34,692 nt of DNA from a virus (taxonomy: Duplodnaviria > Caudoviricetes), in IMG/VR virus record IMGVR_UViG_3300032281_000474, positions 1-34,692 of that record; one strand, 5' to 3'. The notes beneath the pieces were generated by a model that was not told the DNA's origin, searched no databases, and worked only from the letters and a program-made list of their open reading frames with translations. The position numbers were made by a program, and so were the translations under genes. This document shows, piece after piece, positions 1 through 8,142 of this stretch. Each line of letters begins with the position of its first letter. Within the stretch, counting starts at the first letter, position 1.

Positions 1-149
1 GCTCGTCTTATGTTATCATTTTTCCAGGTACGGTTAATCCAACCTTCTTTATTAAATCGTGTCATACCTTCCTCTAAGAATTCTGTACAATTTAAATCTA
101 ATATGTCTATGATATTATTCTTGCACTGTATAAGATTTTCCCAAATCAT
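1..149 (-). CDS. pcyX: Ferredoxin-dependent bilin reductase, PcyX/PcyA-like; N-terminal part only, runs off the window; not in the ORF track
   Basis: My translation from ATG at 149 (ATGA overlap with the stop of 146..730): MIWENLIQCKNNIIDILDLNCTEFLEEGMTRFNKEGWINRTWKNDNIRR(A). The MIWE...GMxRFN..GWxNRTWKN..IRRA pattern matches my recollection of phage PcyX N-termini, and a heme oxygenase gene lies two genes upstream. Confidence 0.75.
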   Translation of the reverse strand, partial: MIWENLIQCKNNIIDILDLNCTEFLEEGMTRFNKEGWINRTWKNDNIRR

Positions 150-730
150 ATTACTGACTTTGTGTTAAAACTTAATGCGATTCTTTCTTCAGACAAGTTT
201 TCGTCATCATGGGAACCATGATTTAACCAACTAGGAAATAAAATTAAGTCTCCAATTTTAGGACAAAAAGACACGTGTTCAAAATTATTATGATTTAGTA
301 CTCTCTTTCTTATAAAAGAATTATAAGGATTTGGATTGTAAAAATATATTTTACTACTTTTTTCATCTGATTTTAAATATAAGACACCAGAAATTTGAGC
401 ACCTGGATGTTGATGTTTTTTTACTCCACTATCTTTGTACTGAAAATTAACCCATGAATTATCTATTTTTGAGTTAAATAATCCTAATTCATTTTCGTAA
501 CAAACTACTTTTTCAAAAATTATTTCTTGTAAATGTGGAAAGTTATTTAATACGTTAGCGCCTGGATTTTTATAACTAGATACAGCATTATTTTTTAACA
601 CTTGATGTTTTTGAAGATCAAGAGTTTTACACTTTTCTATAATACGTAAACATTCATCTTCTGTAATGAAATTATTGATATGCTGAATTACAACTGGAAA
701 AATACTTAAATTAGGAGATTTTGTATTCAT
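146..730 (-). CDS. Putative 2OG-Fe(II) oxygenase (TIGR02466-like)
   Basis: SWVN...HQHPGAQISGVLYL...GDLILFPSWLNHGS...ERIALSFN: HxH...H iron ligands and terminal RxxxSFN. Confidence 0.85.
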   Translation of the reverse strand: MNTKSPNLSIFPVVIQHINNFITEDECLRIIEKCKTLDLQKHQVLKNNAVSSYKNPGANVLNNFPHLQEIIFEKVVCYENELGLFNSKIDNSWVNFQYKDSGVKKHQHPGAQISGVLYLKSDEKSSKIYFYNPNPYNSFIRKRVLNHNNFEHVSFCPKIGDLILFPSWLNHGSHDDENLSEERIALSFNTKSVI

Positions 731-1274
731 TCATTTCCTTAAACAATTCTGTAGCATATTCAAAACATAATTTAGCTTCAGCGACCACGTTTACTTGATA
801 CGTGTTCATGTAGTTATTTATTATTTCCCTTACAACTCTTTTTAATTCTTCTGGTTTTAGAAATACAAGATATGTATTAGGACCAGGTGTTTTTCTACGT
901 ATCATTTGACCACCATATAAATCTCCCATATGTCTTACATAGATATGTGCATATAATTTTTCTGCATCATTCTTAATACTGTCTAAGTGATACACGTATC
1001 TCATTGTGCTGTCTGTGATATAAGGTTTTTCTGGTTTATTCCAAAGTGAACGGTAGTCGTGGTCTATTTTTTGTGCTCTATCTAAACCTGGCGTTTGTCG
1101 AAACAGGCCATTGGCAAAAGCATACTTTTCAAGTGTAGCATAACACTGTAATAGATTAAACAAATATGTGGAATATAAATCTGGATTTATTTGGCCAGAC
1201 ATAAGAGTTTGTACAAAAGGTTCTGATTCAGCTTTTCTGTGTTCTTCTAAAGTTAAATCTTTTATGTCGGTCAT
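711..1274 (-). CDS. hemO: Heme oxygenase (biliverdin-producing, HemO/Ho1 type)
   Basis: KDLTLEEHRKAE (proximal His helix) and YAHIYVRHMGDLYGGQMI (AHxYxRxxGDLxGGQ distal helix signature). Confidence 0.92.
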   Translation of the reverse strand: MTDIKDLTLEEHRKAESEPFVQTLMSGQINPDLYSTYLFNLLQCYATLEKYAFANGLFRQTPGLDRAQKIDHDYRSLWNKPEKPYITDSTMRYVYHLDSIKNDAEKLYAHIYVRHMGDLYGGQMIRRKTPGPNTYLVFLKPEELKRVVREIINNYMNTYQVNVVAEAKLCFEYATELFKEMNEYKIS

Positions 1275-1275
1275 A

Positions 1276-2082
1276 TTACCAACCGTATTTTTTCCAAAAT
1301 TCTTTTATTTGATTATAATTTACATTAAAACTTTGGCTTAAAAGTTTTCTCGTAATCGTTTGTTCTTTTTGAAATTTTTTATCGTTTTCTTCTTCAATAA
1401 TTTTAAAATCAGGTTCTTCTTTTGGTATTAATATAAATTGAGCTACTGGTGTGCCTGCAGTAATTGTGTAATTACCTTCTAAACTATGCCAAAAGATAGG
1501 AACAGTTCCTATATCAGCAATACCTAATTGTGGTTCATAGATGCCTGTACAAACAGTAAATCTATTATCGTCCAAATACATAGGGTGTAATAATAAAAGT
1601 TTATAACCTTGCGGTATTCTTGCTGCCCAAGGTAAATGTAATTTAACAATTTTTTTCATTGTATTTTTAGGCCAATTTTCAAAAAATGGATAGAAAGAAT
1701 GTTTAAGATGAAAAGTAACTGGTCTTTTTTGAGTTGTTCCGTCAGCAGTTACAAAGTCCCAATATTCACCTTGTGTAACAACTTCAAATCTAATGTCTTT
1801 GTGTAATCTCATAATCCAACCTGTATTATGCCACAGTTGCATACCAGGACATTTTACGGTGTGTCTGTTATCTTCTTTTTTAAAATTATTAGTTGATACC
1901 GCTCTAAATTCGGCGTCATCATCAGGTAAGTCTTTAGATAACGACCCATTACCTTTAAAATCAATTGCGGCTTTTTTTAACCAAGAAGGTTTATGTTCGG
2001 ATGATCTTATAATAGGCATTGTTGATTCAACGCCTGGTTCTGTGCAAATAAAATCTATGTTAGGATTGTTTTTTGTTTTCAT
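1276..2082 (-). CDS. Conserved phage hypothetical protein (TVKCPG...PWxxxxPxGY...HP...GTPxAQ type; possible dUTPase-like beta fold)
   Basis: Long ORF. Start moved from GTG 2097 to ATG 2082 (MKTKNN) because 2097 lies inside a sigma70 promoter. The fold assignment is tentative. Confidence 0.6.
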   Translation of the reverse strand: MKTKNNPNIDFICTEPGVESTMPIIRSSEHKPSWLKKAAIDFKGNGSLSKDLPDDDAEFRAVSTNNFKKEDNRHTVKCPGMQLWHNTGWIMRLHKDIRFEVVTQGEYWDFVTADGTTQKRPVTFHLKHSFYPFFENWPKNTMKKIVKLHLPWAARIPQGYKLLLLHPMYLDDNRFTVCTGIYEPQLGIADIGTVPIFWHSLEGNYTITAGTPVAQFILIPKEEPDFKIIEEENDKKFQKEQTITRKLLSQSFNVNYNQIKEFWKKYGW

Positions 2083-2088
2083 TATATA

Positions 2089-2117
2089 ATCATACACTAT
2101 ATACTACTTATTGTCAA
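2089..2117 (-). promoter_or_regulatory. sigma70-type early promoter
   Basis: Minus strand TTGACA (2117-2112), 17-nt spacer, TATGAT (2094-2089); ATG at 2082 begins at the 7th nt after the -10 box. Confidence 0.8.
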
Positions 2118-2150
2118 TACATAATTGTTTTTAATAATATAAGAAATGAT

Positions 2151-2534
2151 TTATTGTGGACGTGTTCGTGCTAATAAATCAACTATATTTGGATTTTCTG
2201 CAAGTTTAGTAATTAATAGTTGTTTTCTTGCTTCTTTTGCAAGTGCTTCAGTTTTTTCATTATTTTTCATTAATAAATTGCCTGCGTCTTTTTCAACGAT
2301 TGCTCTTGCTGAAGCTTCAGCAGTTTGTTGTGCGGCAGCTTGTTCATTAGTTTTTTCTACACCACCATAAACATTAACTACTCTTGTTACTACATCATAA
2401 CTTAATCTCCAACTTTCTATATTATCAGGAGCTAAAGCTTTTAAAGCTCTTCCTCTACTTAAAGCTTCTTCGCCGGCTATTGAGTCTTCTGAAAAAACTA
2501 ATCCGTCGTGAACATTAAAATAAACTGTTTTCAT
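2151..2534 (-). CDS. Small hypothetical protein, paralog of 4035..4370 (possible fibre-tip partner or chaperone)
   Basis: Shares YFNxHDG...GRA...PxNIExWRL...TRxVxVxGG...NEQA with 4035..4370; charged helical C-terminus. Confidence 0.7.
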   Translation of the reverse strand: MKTVYFNVHDGLVFSEDSIAGEEALSRGRALKALAPDNIESWRLSYDVVTRVVNVYGGVEKTNEQAAAQQTAEASARAIVEKDAGNLLMKNNEKTEALAKEARKQLLITKLAENPNIVDLLARTRPQ

Positions 2535-2553
2535 AATTTTTTATCCTTATTCT

Positions 2554-4032
2554 TTAATTTCTAACTCCGCCGAAAGAAGTATCATTAGGTCCAAAATTTC
2601 CCCACCAATTAACTTGGAACATACCAGGATAGTTAGTAGAGTAATAACCTCCGTGTAAAGTTGTTCTGGAAGCAGGTATACCAAAAACTCCTGTGCCATT
2701 TGTAATTGCTGACTCTGAAACGTTTCCATTTGTTGTGCTTATTAAATCATTACCAGATGCGTGTCCAGAAAGTACTTTAGTTGTTGTCGTATGATCTGAA
2801 TCAGTTGGGTCAAAAGACCAAGCGTAAGTTCTAAAAACATCGCTATCACAGTTGTCGGACCATCCACCATGAAAACCTGTTCTACCCCATGCAAAGTAAG
2901 GGTTTGATCTTGATGTTTTTGTTTGACTTACGCTTATAAATTTTCTAGGATTTTCTAAACTCATACAAAAAGCATTTAATCCTGGACCATAATAGTAATA
3001 TGGCGTGTGTATCATTCCCCAAGTTCCGTCCCAAGTATGATTAAATTTTGTGTAATATTGATTACCTTGGTCACTCATATATCGAGTTGTAGTAGAACCT
3101 TGGAAATCTTGCCATGTACCAAATTGTCTAGCCGCACCTGTAATTCCTAAAGAAGCACCAACATTACAGTTGAATACACCATATCTCATACTGTTACCAT
3201 AAGCTGCGCCAAATCCTACATAACCATTATTACCTACAACAGTTACCCAATCTTTATTGTTACCTGTTGTCCAAGAATCTGTAAAGTATTCTGTATGAGT
3301 TAAATTGTCAAAATATTCTTTAATTTTTCTAACCGAATTTAAATCTTTTGTTGATTTGAATATGTGAATAGTTTTTGCTGTTTCAGAAGTTTCTCCTCCA
3401 GAATGTACCATAACCAACATTTTCATTTTTTCATTGTAACCTGTACTTACAGCATATGTGTTTGTAACGTTCAACATATGTGAAGTATAATTATAATAAT
3501 CTATTTGACCTGAAGCATTATTTCCTGGATTCAATTCTCTTAAAGTTTGTCTTCTGTTACAAAATAATCTTCTTGGTCGTATTCCTTCAGGAAGAACGTG
3601 ATTAAGTTTTGTCCATCCAACAGTAAATTCGAAACATGAAGTTATTTGATGGTAAGATTGCCATGTAATATCTCCAGCTCTTGAAAGAGTATAATATTGT
3701 GCCCAAGGATATTGGTCTGTTTGATAATTACTTCTATTCCAAATAGTATAAGAAGTATAAGATTGTGATGTTAAATCACCGTGTGTTACATCAGTACTAA
3801 AATCGTTAGTAGAGTAAGAGTGCATAGCATCACCGCAAATACCAAATCTATGGTGTGTTGTAGAATGTCCTGTTCCACCCCAAGGATTTCCTACAATTTT
3901 ATGGCCTGAATCATAAATTCTAAATACCCAATTTGTGTTTCCATCGCCACTGTCACCTAAAAATCCATAAAGAGGTAGACCTTCTTTACGGTGGTCGACT
4001 TTAGATTGAAGTAAATTGAGTAATCTTGGCAT
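2554..4032 (-). CDS. Putative virion/receptor-binding protein, copy 2 (paralog of 4379..5887)
   Basis: 492 aa, G/S/T/N/Y/W-rich beta-type composition, colinear with 4379..5887, at the distal end of the fibre operon. Confidence 0.6.
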   Translation of the reverse strand: MPRLLNLLQSKVDHRKEGLPLYGFLGDSGDGNTNWVFRIYDSGHKIVGNPWGGTGHSTTHHRFGICGDAMHSYSTNDFSTDVTHGDLTSQSYTSYTIWNRSNYQTDQYPWAQYYTLSRAGDITWQSYHQITSCFEFTVGWTKLNHVLPEGIRPRRLFCNRRQTLRELNPGNNASGQIDYYNYTSHMLNVTNTYAVSTGYNEKMKMLVMVHSGGETSETAKTIHIFKSTKDLNSVRKIKEYFDNLTHTEYFTDSWTTGNNKDWVTVVGNNGYVGFGAAYGNSMRYGVFNCNVGASLGITGAARQFGTWQDFQGSTTTRYMSDQGNQYYTKFNHTWDGTWGMIHTPYYYYGPGLNAFCMSLENPRKFISVSQTKTSRSNPYFAWGRTGFHGGWSDNCDSDVFRTYAWSFDPTDSDHTTTTKVLSGHASGNDLISTTNGNVSESAITNGTGVFGIPASRTTLHGGYYSTNYPGMFQVNWWGNFGPNDTSFGGVRN

Positions 4033-4034
4033 TT

Positions 4035-4370
4035 TTATTGTCCCCCTGAATTAAATTGTGCTTGAAGAGCTTTGCGTTCTTCTTCTTGTTTTTCTATTAA
4101 TGCCGTTCTTAAATCCGACATTTGTTTATTAGCAACTTTTTCAGCCTCTACTAAGGTATTTTTATATGTTACTGCTTGTTCTTCATTTCTTTGAAGGCCA
4201 CCAAAAACAACAACTTCTCTTGTTTCTAAATTTGCTTTTAATCTCCAATCTTCAATATTTTCAGGACAACTAATTGCTATAGCTCTTCCTTGATTTACTG
4301 CTTCTGTTCCGGCATCGACTTTACTTGTTAAAATTGACCCGTCATGTATATTAAAGTATTTTATTGCCAT
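4035..4370 (-). CDS. Small hypothetical protein, paralog of 2151..2534
   Basis: Same motifs as 2151..2534; directly follows the large paralog in both copies. Confidence 0.7.
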   Translation of the reverse strand: MAIKYFNIHDGSILTSKVDAGTEAVNQGRAIAISCPENIEDWRLKANLETREVVVFGGLQRNEEQAVTYKNTLVEAEKVANKQMSDLRTALIEKQEEERKALQAQFNSGGQ

Positions 4371-4378
4371 AATTTTTT

Positions 4379-5887
4379 CTATATACCGTATAGTCCTCCG
4401 TAAGAATGGTCAGCATTACCATAATTTCCCCACCAATTTACTTGCATCATTAATGGATAGTTAGTAGAGTAATAACCTCCGTGTAAAAAAGTCCTTGATT
4501 GTGGTACACCGAAAGCTCCCGTACCATTTGTAACTACTGCACCTGATTGAATAGATGATGCTGTGGCTAAATTTGTATCATTACTTGAAGGTATTAAAGA
4601 ACCACCATCATCATTTCCATGAAGCACTTTAGTTGTTGTCGTATGATCTGAATCATTTGGGTCAAAAGACCAAGCGTATGTTCTGTGAGATTGAGAATCA
4701 CAGTTTTCGCTTTGTCCACCGTGAAATCCTGTTCTACCCCAAGCAAAATATGGATTACCTCTACTTGATCTTGTTACACTTACGCTTATAAATTTTCTAG
4801 GATTTTCTAAATTCATACAAAAAGCATTTAGACCTACACCATAATAATAGTAAGGACTATAAATCATTCCCCAAGTTCCGTCCCAAGTATGATTAAATTT
4901 TGTGTAGTATAGATTATTTTGGTTAGTGCTATAAGATGTTGTTGTACTTCCTGTAAATGCTTGCCAACCACCATGTTGTCTAGCTGCACCTGTAATTCCT
5001 AAAGCTTGTCCAGTGTTACAGTTAAATACACCGTAAGTCATACTGTTACCTGTTTTTTGTCCAAATCCTACATAACCATTATTACCTACAACAGTTACCC
5101 AATCTTTATTATTGTCAGTTGCCCAAGTATCAGTAAAATATTCTGTAGCAGTTAAATTATCAAAAAATTCTTTTATGGTTTTAGATTTATTTAAACAACT
5201 AGATGATTTAAATATTGTAATAGTTTTTGCTGTTTCGCTGGTTTCTCCTGATGAGTGAACCATAACCAGCATTTTCATTTTTTCATTATATCCTGTACTT
5301 ACAGCATATGTGTTAGTTACGTTTGGCATATGTGAAGTGTAATTATAATATTGAATTTCTCCGTTTAAATTATTTCCGTTGTTTAATTCTCTTAAAGTTT
5401 GTCTTCTGTTACAAAATAATCTTCTTGGTCGTATTCCTTCAGGAAGAACGTGATTAAGTTTTGTCCAACCCACTTGAAATTCCATAGAGCTTGTATAAGC
5501 GTGATAAGATTGCCAAGAAACATATCCTGTTCTGGAACAAGAATAATATTGTCCCCAAGGATATTGGTCTGTTTGATATACGCTCTTATTATAATTAACC
5601 CAAGAGTCGTAACCTTGTGTCGTTAAATCAGCATGAGATATATCCGTACCGAAATCATTACCGTGAGAATAAGCGTGCATAGCATCACCAGTAATACCAA
5701 ATCTATAACTTGCTGTTGAATGTGTACCTTGTCCCCAAGGAGTGCTTACAATTTTATGGCCAGAATCAAAAACCCTAAATGTCATATGTTCATTCATATC
5801 ACTACTGTTACCCAAAAATCCGTATAAAGGTAAACCCTCTTTACGACTATCTGTACTTGATAAAACTAATTGAGAAATTGATGCCAT
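4379..5887 (-). CDS. Putative virion/receptor-binding protein, copy 1
   Basis: 502 aa; shares e.g. VGWTKLNHVLPEGIRPRRLFCNRRQTLRELN and YYTKFNHTWDGTWGMI with 2554..4032. Confidence 0.6.
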   Translation of the reverse strand: MASISQLVLSSTDSRKEGLPLYGFLGNSSDMNEHMTFRVFDSGHKIVSTPWGQGTHSTASYRFGITGDAMHAYSHGNDFGTDISHADLTTQGYDSWVNYNKSVYQTDQYPWGQYYSCSRTGYVSWQSYHAYTSSMEFQVGWTKLNHVLPEGIRPRRLFCNRRQTLRELNNGNNLNGEIQYYNYTSHMPNVTNTYAVSTGYNEKMKMLVMVHSSGETSETAKTITIFKSSSCLNKSKTIKEFFDNLTATEYFTDTWATDNNKDWVTVVGNNGYVGFGQKTGNSMTYGVFNCNTGQALGITGAARQHGGWQAFTGSTTTSYSTNQNNLYYTKFNHTWDGTWGMIYSPYYYYGVGLNAFCMNLENPRKFISVSVTRSSRGNPYFAWGRTGFHGGQSENCDSQSHRTYAWSFDPNDSDHTTTTKVLHGNDDGGSLIPSSNDTNLATASSIQSGAVVTNGTGAFGVPQSRTFLHGGYYSTNYPLMMQVNWWGNYGNADHSYGGLYGI

Positions 5888-5936
5888 TATTTTATTATCC
5901 TATTTTTTTTTAATTACAAAAATTTTCATATAAAAA

Positions 5937-6566
5937 TTACGTTAGTAACCAACCAATAAATGATGAAGTAACATCAGGTGTTGTTTTAAATGTCAGTCTA
6001 ATTGTAGCATAATTTTGATCGCAAGTTAAATTTTCATTTGCGTTTGCTATTTTATAACCGCCTGCTTGTACAACTGTTAAATTATTTGAATTCCATGTTC
6101 CAAACGAGTCAACAAATAAAACTTGATCGTTGTCTGAAGGATTGCTAGGTAAAGTCATATTAAATCCGGCATTTGTTGTGTTAATTATATATGCACCACC
6201 TGCGACTGCTGTAAAGTTGGCAGCTTTATATTCCCATAAAATAGAACTTGCAGAAACCCACGAAGGATTCGCTCCAGCTCCTCCTGTTCGTAAAACTTGT
6301 CCAGCTGTTCCTGCTGGTAATCTTGCTACACCTGAAGCATCTCTATATAACAAATCACCTTGTGTTGTAAGTGCTGTTACGTCTGCTCCTTTTTGTGCTA
6401 ATTTTGACCAATATGTAGCGTTAGCTGTATTATTTCCTGTTGAAGGAGAAATACAAATAAATGTTTCTCCGCCTGAAGTTACAATGTCGTCTATAACGTA
6501 AGCTGTGGCACCGTTGTAAGCGCCTTGAAATACCGGTTTAATTCTTCCTAAATTTAGTGTTGCCAT
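5937..6566 (-). CDS. Short tail-fibre-like adaptor protein
   Basis: One CBM5/12-like repeat (GAYNGATAYVIDDIV...FICI), fibre motif TTQGDLLYR...RLPAGTAGQVL, and a C-terminal domain YIINTT..FNMTLP..P..ND.V.FVD..GTW..NNLTV resembling T4 gp34-type repeats. Confidence 0.75.
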   Translation of the reverse strand: MATLNLGRIKPVFQGAYNGATAYVIDDIVTSGGETFICISPSTGNNTANATYWSKLAQKGADVTALTTQGDLLYRDASGVARLPAGTAGQVLRTGGAGANPSWVSASSILWEYKAANFTAVAGGAYIINTTNAGFNMTLPSNPSDNDQVLFVDSFGTWNSNNLTVVQAGGYKIANANENLTCDQNYATIRLTFKTTPDVTSSFIGWLLT

Positions 6567-6584
6567 TATTATTCCTTGTTATTA

Positions 6585-6592
6585 TATTTATA
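6585..6592 (-). promoter_or_regulatory. T4-type late promoter TATAAATA
   Basis: Exact TATAAATA on the minus strand, 18 nt upstream of the ATG at 6566; two ACTAAATA variants at ~6617-6624 and ~6644-6651. Confidence 0.75.
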
Positions 6593-6667
6593 CAAAATTA
6601 TTTCTCATATTTAAACTATTTAGTTGTCTTATATTAATCATACTATTTAGTATAAAAATCATAATTT

Positions 6668-8125
6668 TTATGTAATATTAATTACTAAATCTCCATTAAC
6701 TACTTGGAAATCTGTGCCTGAATTGAATATATAACTACGATAAAATATATCTTCTTGTAAAGCTGTACGTTTTCTTGTTTCTATATTATCTACAAAGTTA
6801 GTTTTATATACTGTTAACTGGCCTTTGATTTCAGGCGTTGATATACTTCCACCTAATTTACTATGTTTATTATCAAAATAAAATAAATCAGCCACAGCAC
6901 TACCAGCAGTTATACTATCAGAATTTTTAGGTACAACAATCGTAACGGTTGCAGCTGCGTTACCAATAGTACCTGACGTAGTTACGTTGGTAGTATAAGC
7001 GACACCTCCTCCAAAAGTACCATCATTTGTTGTTGAAAAACTAAAATTATGGTTTAATAAAGTAGGACTAGAAACGTTAAATATGTAAGTATATCCTTCA
7101 TAAAATATCATTGAATTTCTAGCTTTAACTAAATGCGTGTATGGCGTACCATCTTCTCCGGCATCAATCTGAAATCTGCCTGCATCTCCAGTGATAAACA
7201 TTTTTGAACCATCACTATTGAAAGTAATATTTTTTGGATTTATATTATTTGTTCTTATAGTAAAAGTAGCATTAGTAGGTTGTATGCTAACTAAATTGAA
7301 ACCTGTGTTTAGAGGATATTCTAAAATTGCATTTGTGCTATTATTAACACCGTATAATTTTGTTCCTGCACTATTAAATGCTATGCCTCTAAAATTTGTA
7401 ATTGAAGAAGAATGGTCGTATTCAGCTAAAAATACTACGCTACCAACATCAAAGGCTGATGATATAGTATAAGAAGTAGTTTTGTTTAGTTGGTCACCTG
7501 AAACATAAAAAACTGTACCAGCTGTATTTGATATTAAACCTTTCACCGCTGTGTCTGTGCCTACTGTTGCTCTTTTTACAAAAGATGCAGTTGAAATATC
7601 AAAACCAGTTGATAGTGTATATTGAATAAGTTGTGGGCCGGTTATACCTTGGTCATAATGTCCTTTTGAACCTAGAACAATCATTGTTGTACCAGCAGTA
7701 TTAAAAATTAAATCTCTTGGCTCATCTTCTTTTCCATACGTAGAAAATGTTGATGTATAAACAGCAGTAGATATATCATATGCTGTTGAACAGTTATATT
7801 GATTAATTCTACTATTTGCGGAATCACAAACATAAAAACGAGTGCCTGCAGCATTCCATTTTATTCCAGAAATACTTATATCTGCTGGCGTTTGTTTATT
7901 TGACGAATTATATGCTAACTCACCACTTTGATTTAAAGAAATTGCATCTGTAAAAGTTGCTGTTGTAGTAGAATATGGAGTAGCTAAAGCAAATTCAAAT
8001 ACACTATCATTACCAGAAACTCTTGTAACAGTTCTGTTAACTGTTTTTACTTCTGATGAAAATAAAAATCCAAAGAAATCATCTTTTTCTTTTTGACTTA
8101 GTATAAAGTTGTTATAATTACTCAT
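6668..8125 (-). CDS. Putative virion protein with beta-propeller-like repeats
   Basis: Recurrent F/WNxxGTxxYV and QYxLSTxFDISTA repeats (WNAAGTRFYV, FNTAGTTMIV, SNTAGTVFYV, FNSAGTKLYG, FNSDGSKMFI). Confidence 0.7.
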   Translation of the reverse strand: MSNYNNFILSQKEKDDFFGFLFSSEVKTVNRTVTRVSGNDSVFEFALATPYSTTTATFTDAISLNQSGELAYNSSNKQTPADISISGIKWNAAGTRFYVCDSANSRINQYNCSTAYDISTAVYTSTFSTYGKEDEPRDLIFNTAGTTMIVLGSKGHYDQGITGPQLIQYTLSTGFDISTASFVKRATVGTDTAVKGLISNTAGTVFYVSGDQLNKTTSYTISSAFDVGSVVFLAEYDHSSSITNFRGIAFNSAGTKLYGVNNSTNAILEYPLNTGFNLVSIQPTNATFTIRTNNINPKNITFNSDGSKMFITGDAGRFQIDAGEDGTPYTHLVKARNSMIFYEGYTYIFNVSSPTLLNHNFSFSTTNDGTFGGGVAYTTNVTTSGTIGNAAATVTIVVPKNSDSITAGSAVADLFYFDNKHSKLGGSISTPEIKGQLTVYKTNFVDNIETRKRTALQEDIFYRSYIFNSGTDFQVVNGDLVINIT

Positions 8126-8134
8126 TTTTCCTAC

Positions 8135-8142
8135 TATTTATT
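8135..8142 (-). promoter_or_regulatory. Possible late promoter variant AATAAATA
   Basis: One mismatch to TATAAATA, in the short gap before the ATG at 8125; the AT-rich background weakens this. Confidence 0.4.

Larger units (their letters stand above)
2151..5887. repeat. Tandem duplication of a two-gene cassette (unit ~1.85 kb)
   Basis: Identical nucleotide blocks at constant offset 1852: 3533-3615=5385-5467 (83 nt), 3209-3258=5061-5110 (50 nt), 3011-3054=4863-4906 (44 nt), 2774-2803=4626-4655 (30 nt). Confidence 0.95.

Noticed and set aside
2547-2729. 60-aa minus-strand ORF overlapping the end of 2554..4032 (similarly 34283..34477 inside gp8)
   Set aside because: Alternative-frame ORFs nested in real genes; I saw no slippery site or RBS supporting expression.
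2554-5887. Diversity-generating retroelement (TR/VR pair) explaining the repeats
   Set aside because: Both copies are full-length genes, differences are not restricted to adenines, and no reverse transcriptase is present in the window.
5888-5936. Rho-independent terminator in the A/T-rich gap
   Set aside because: Only a weak all-AT inverted repeat (AATTTT...AAAATT) with no GC stem.
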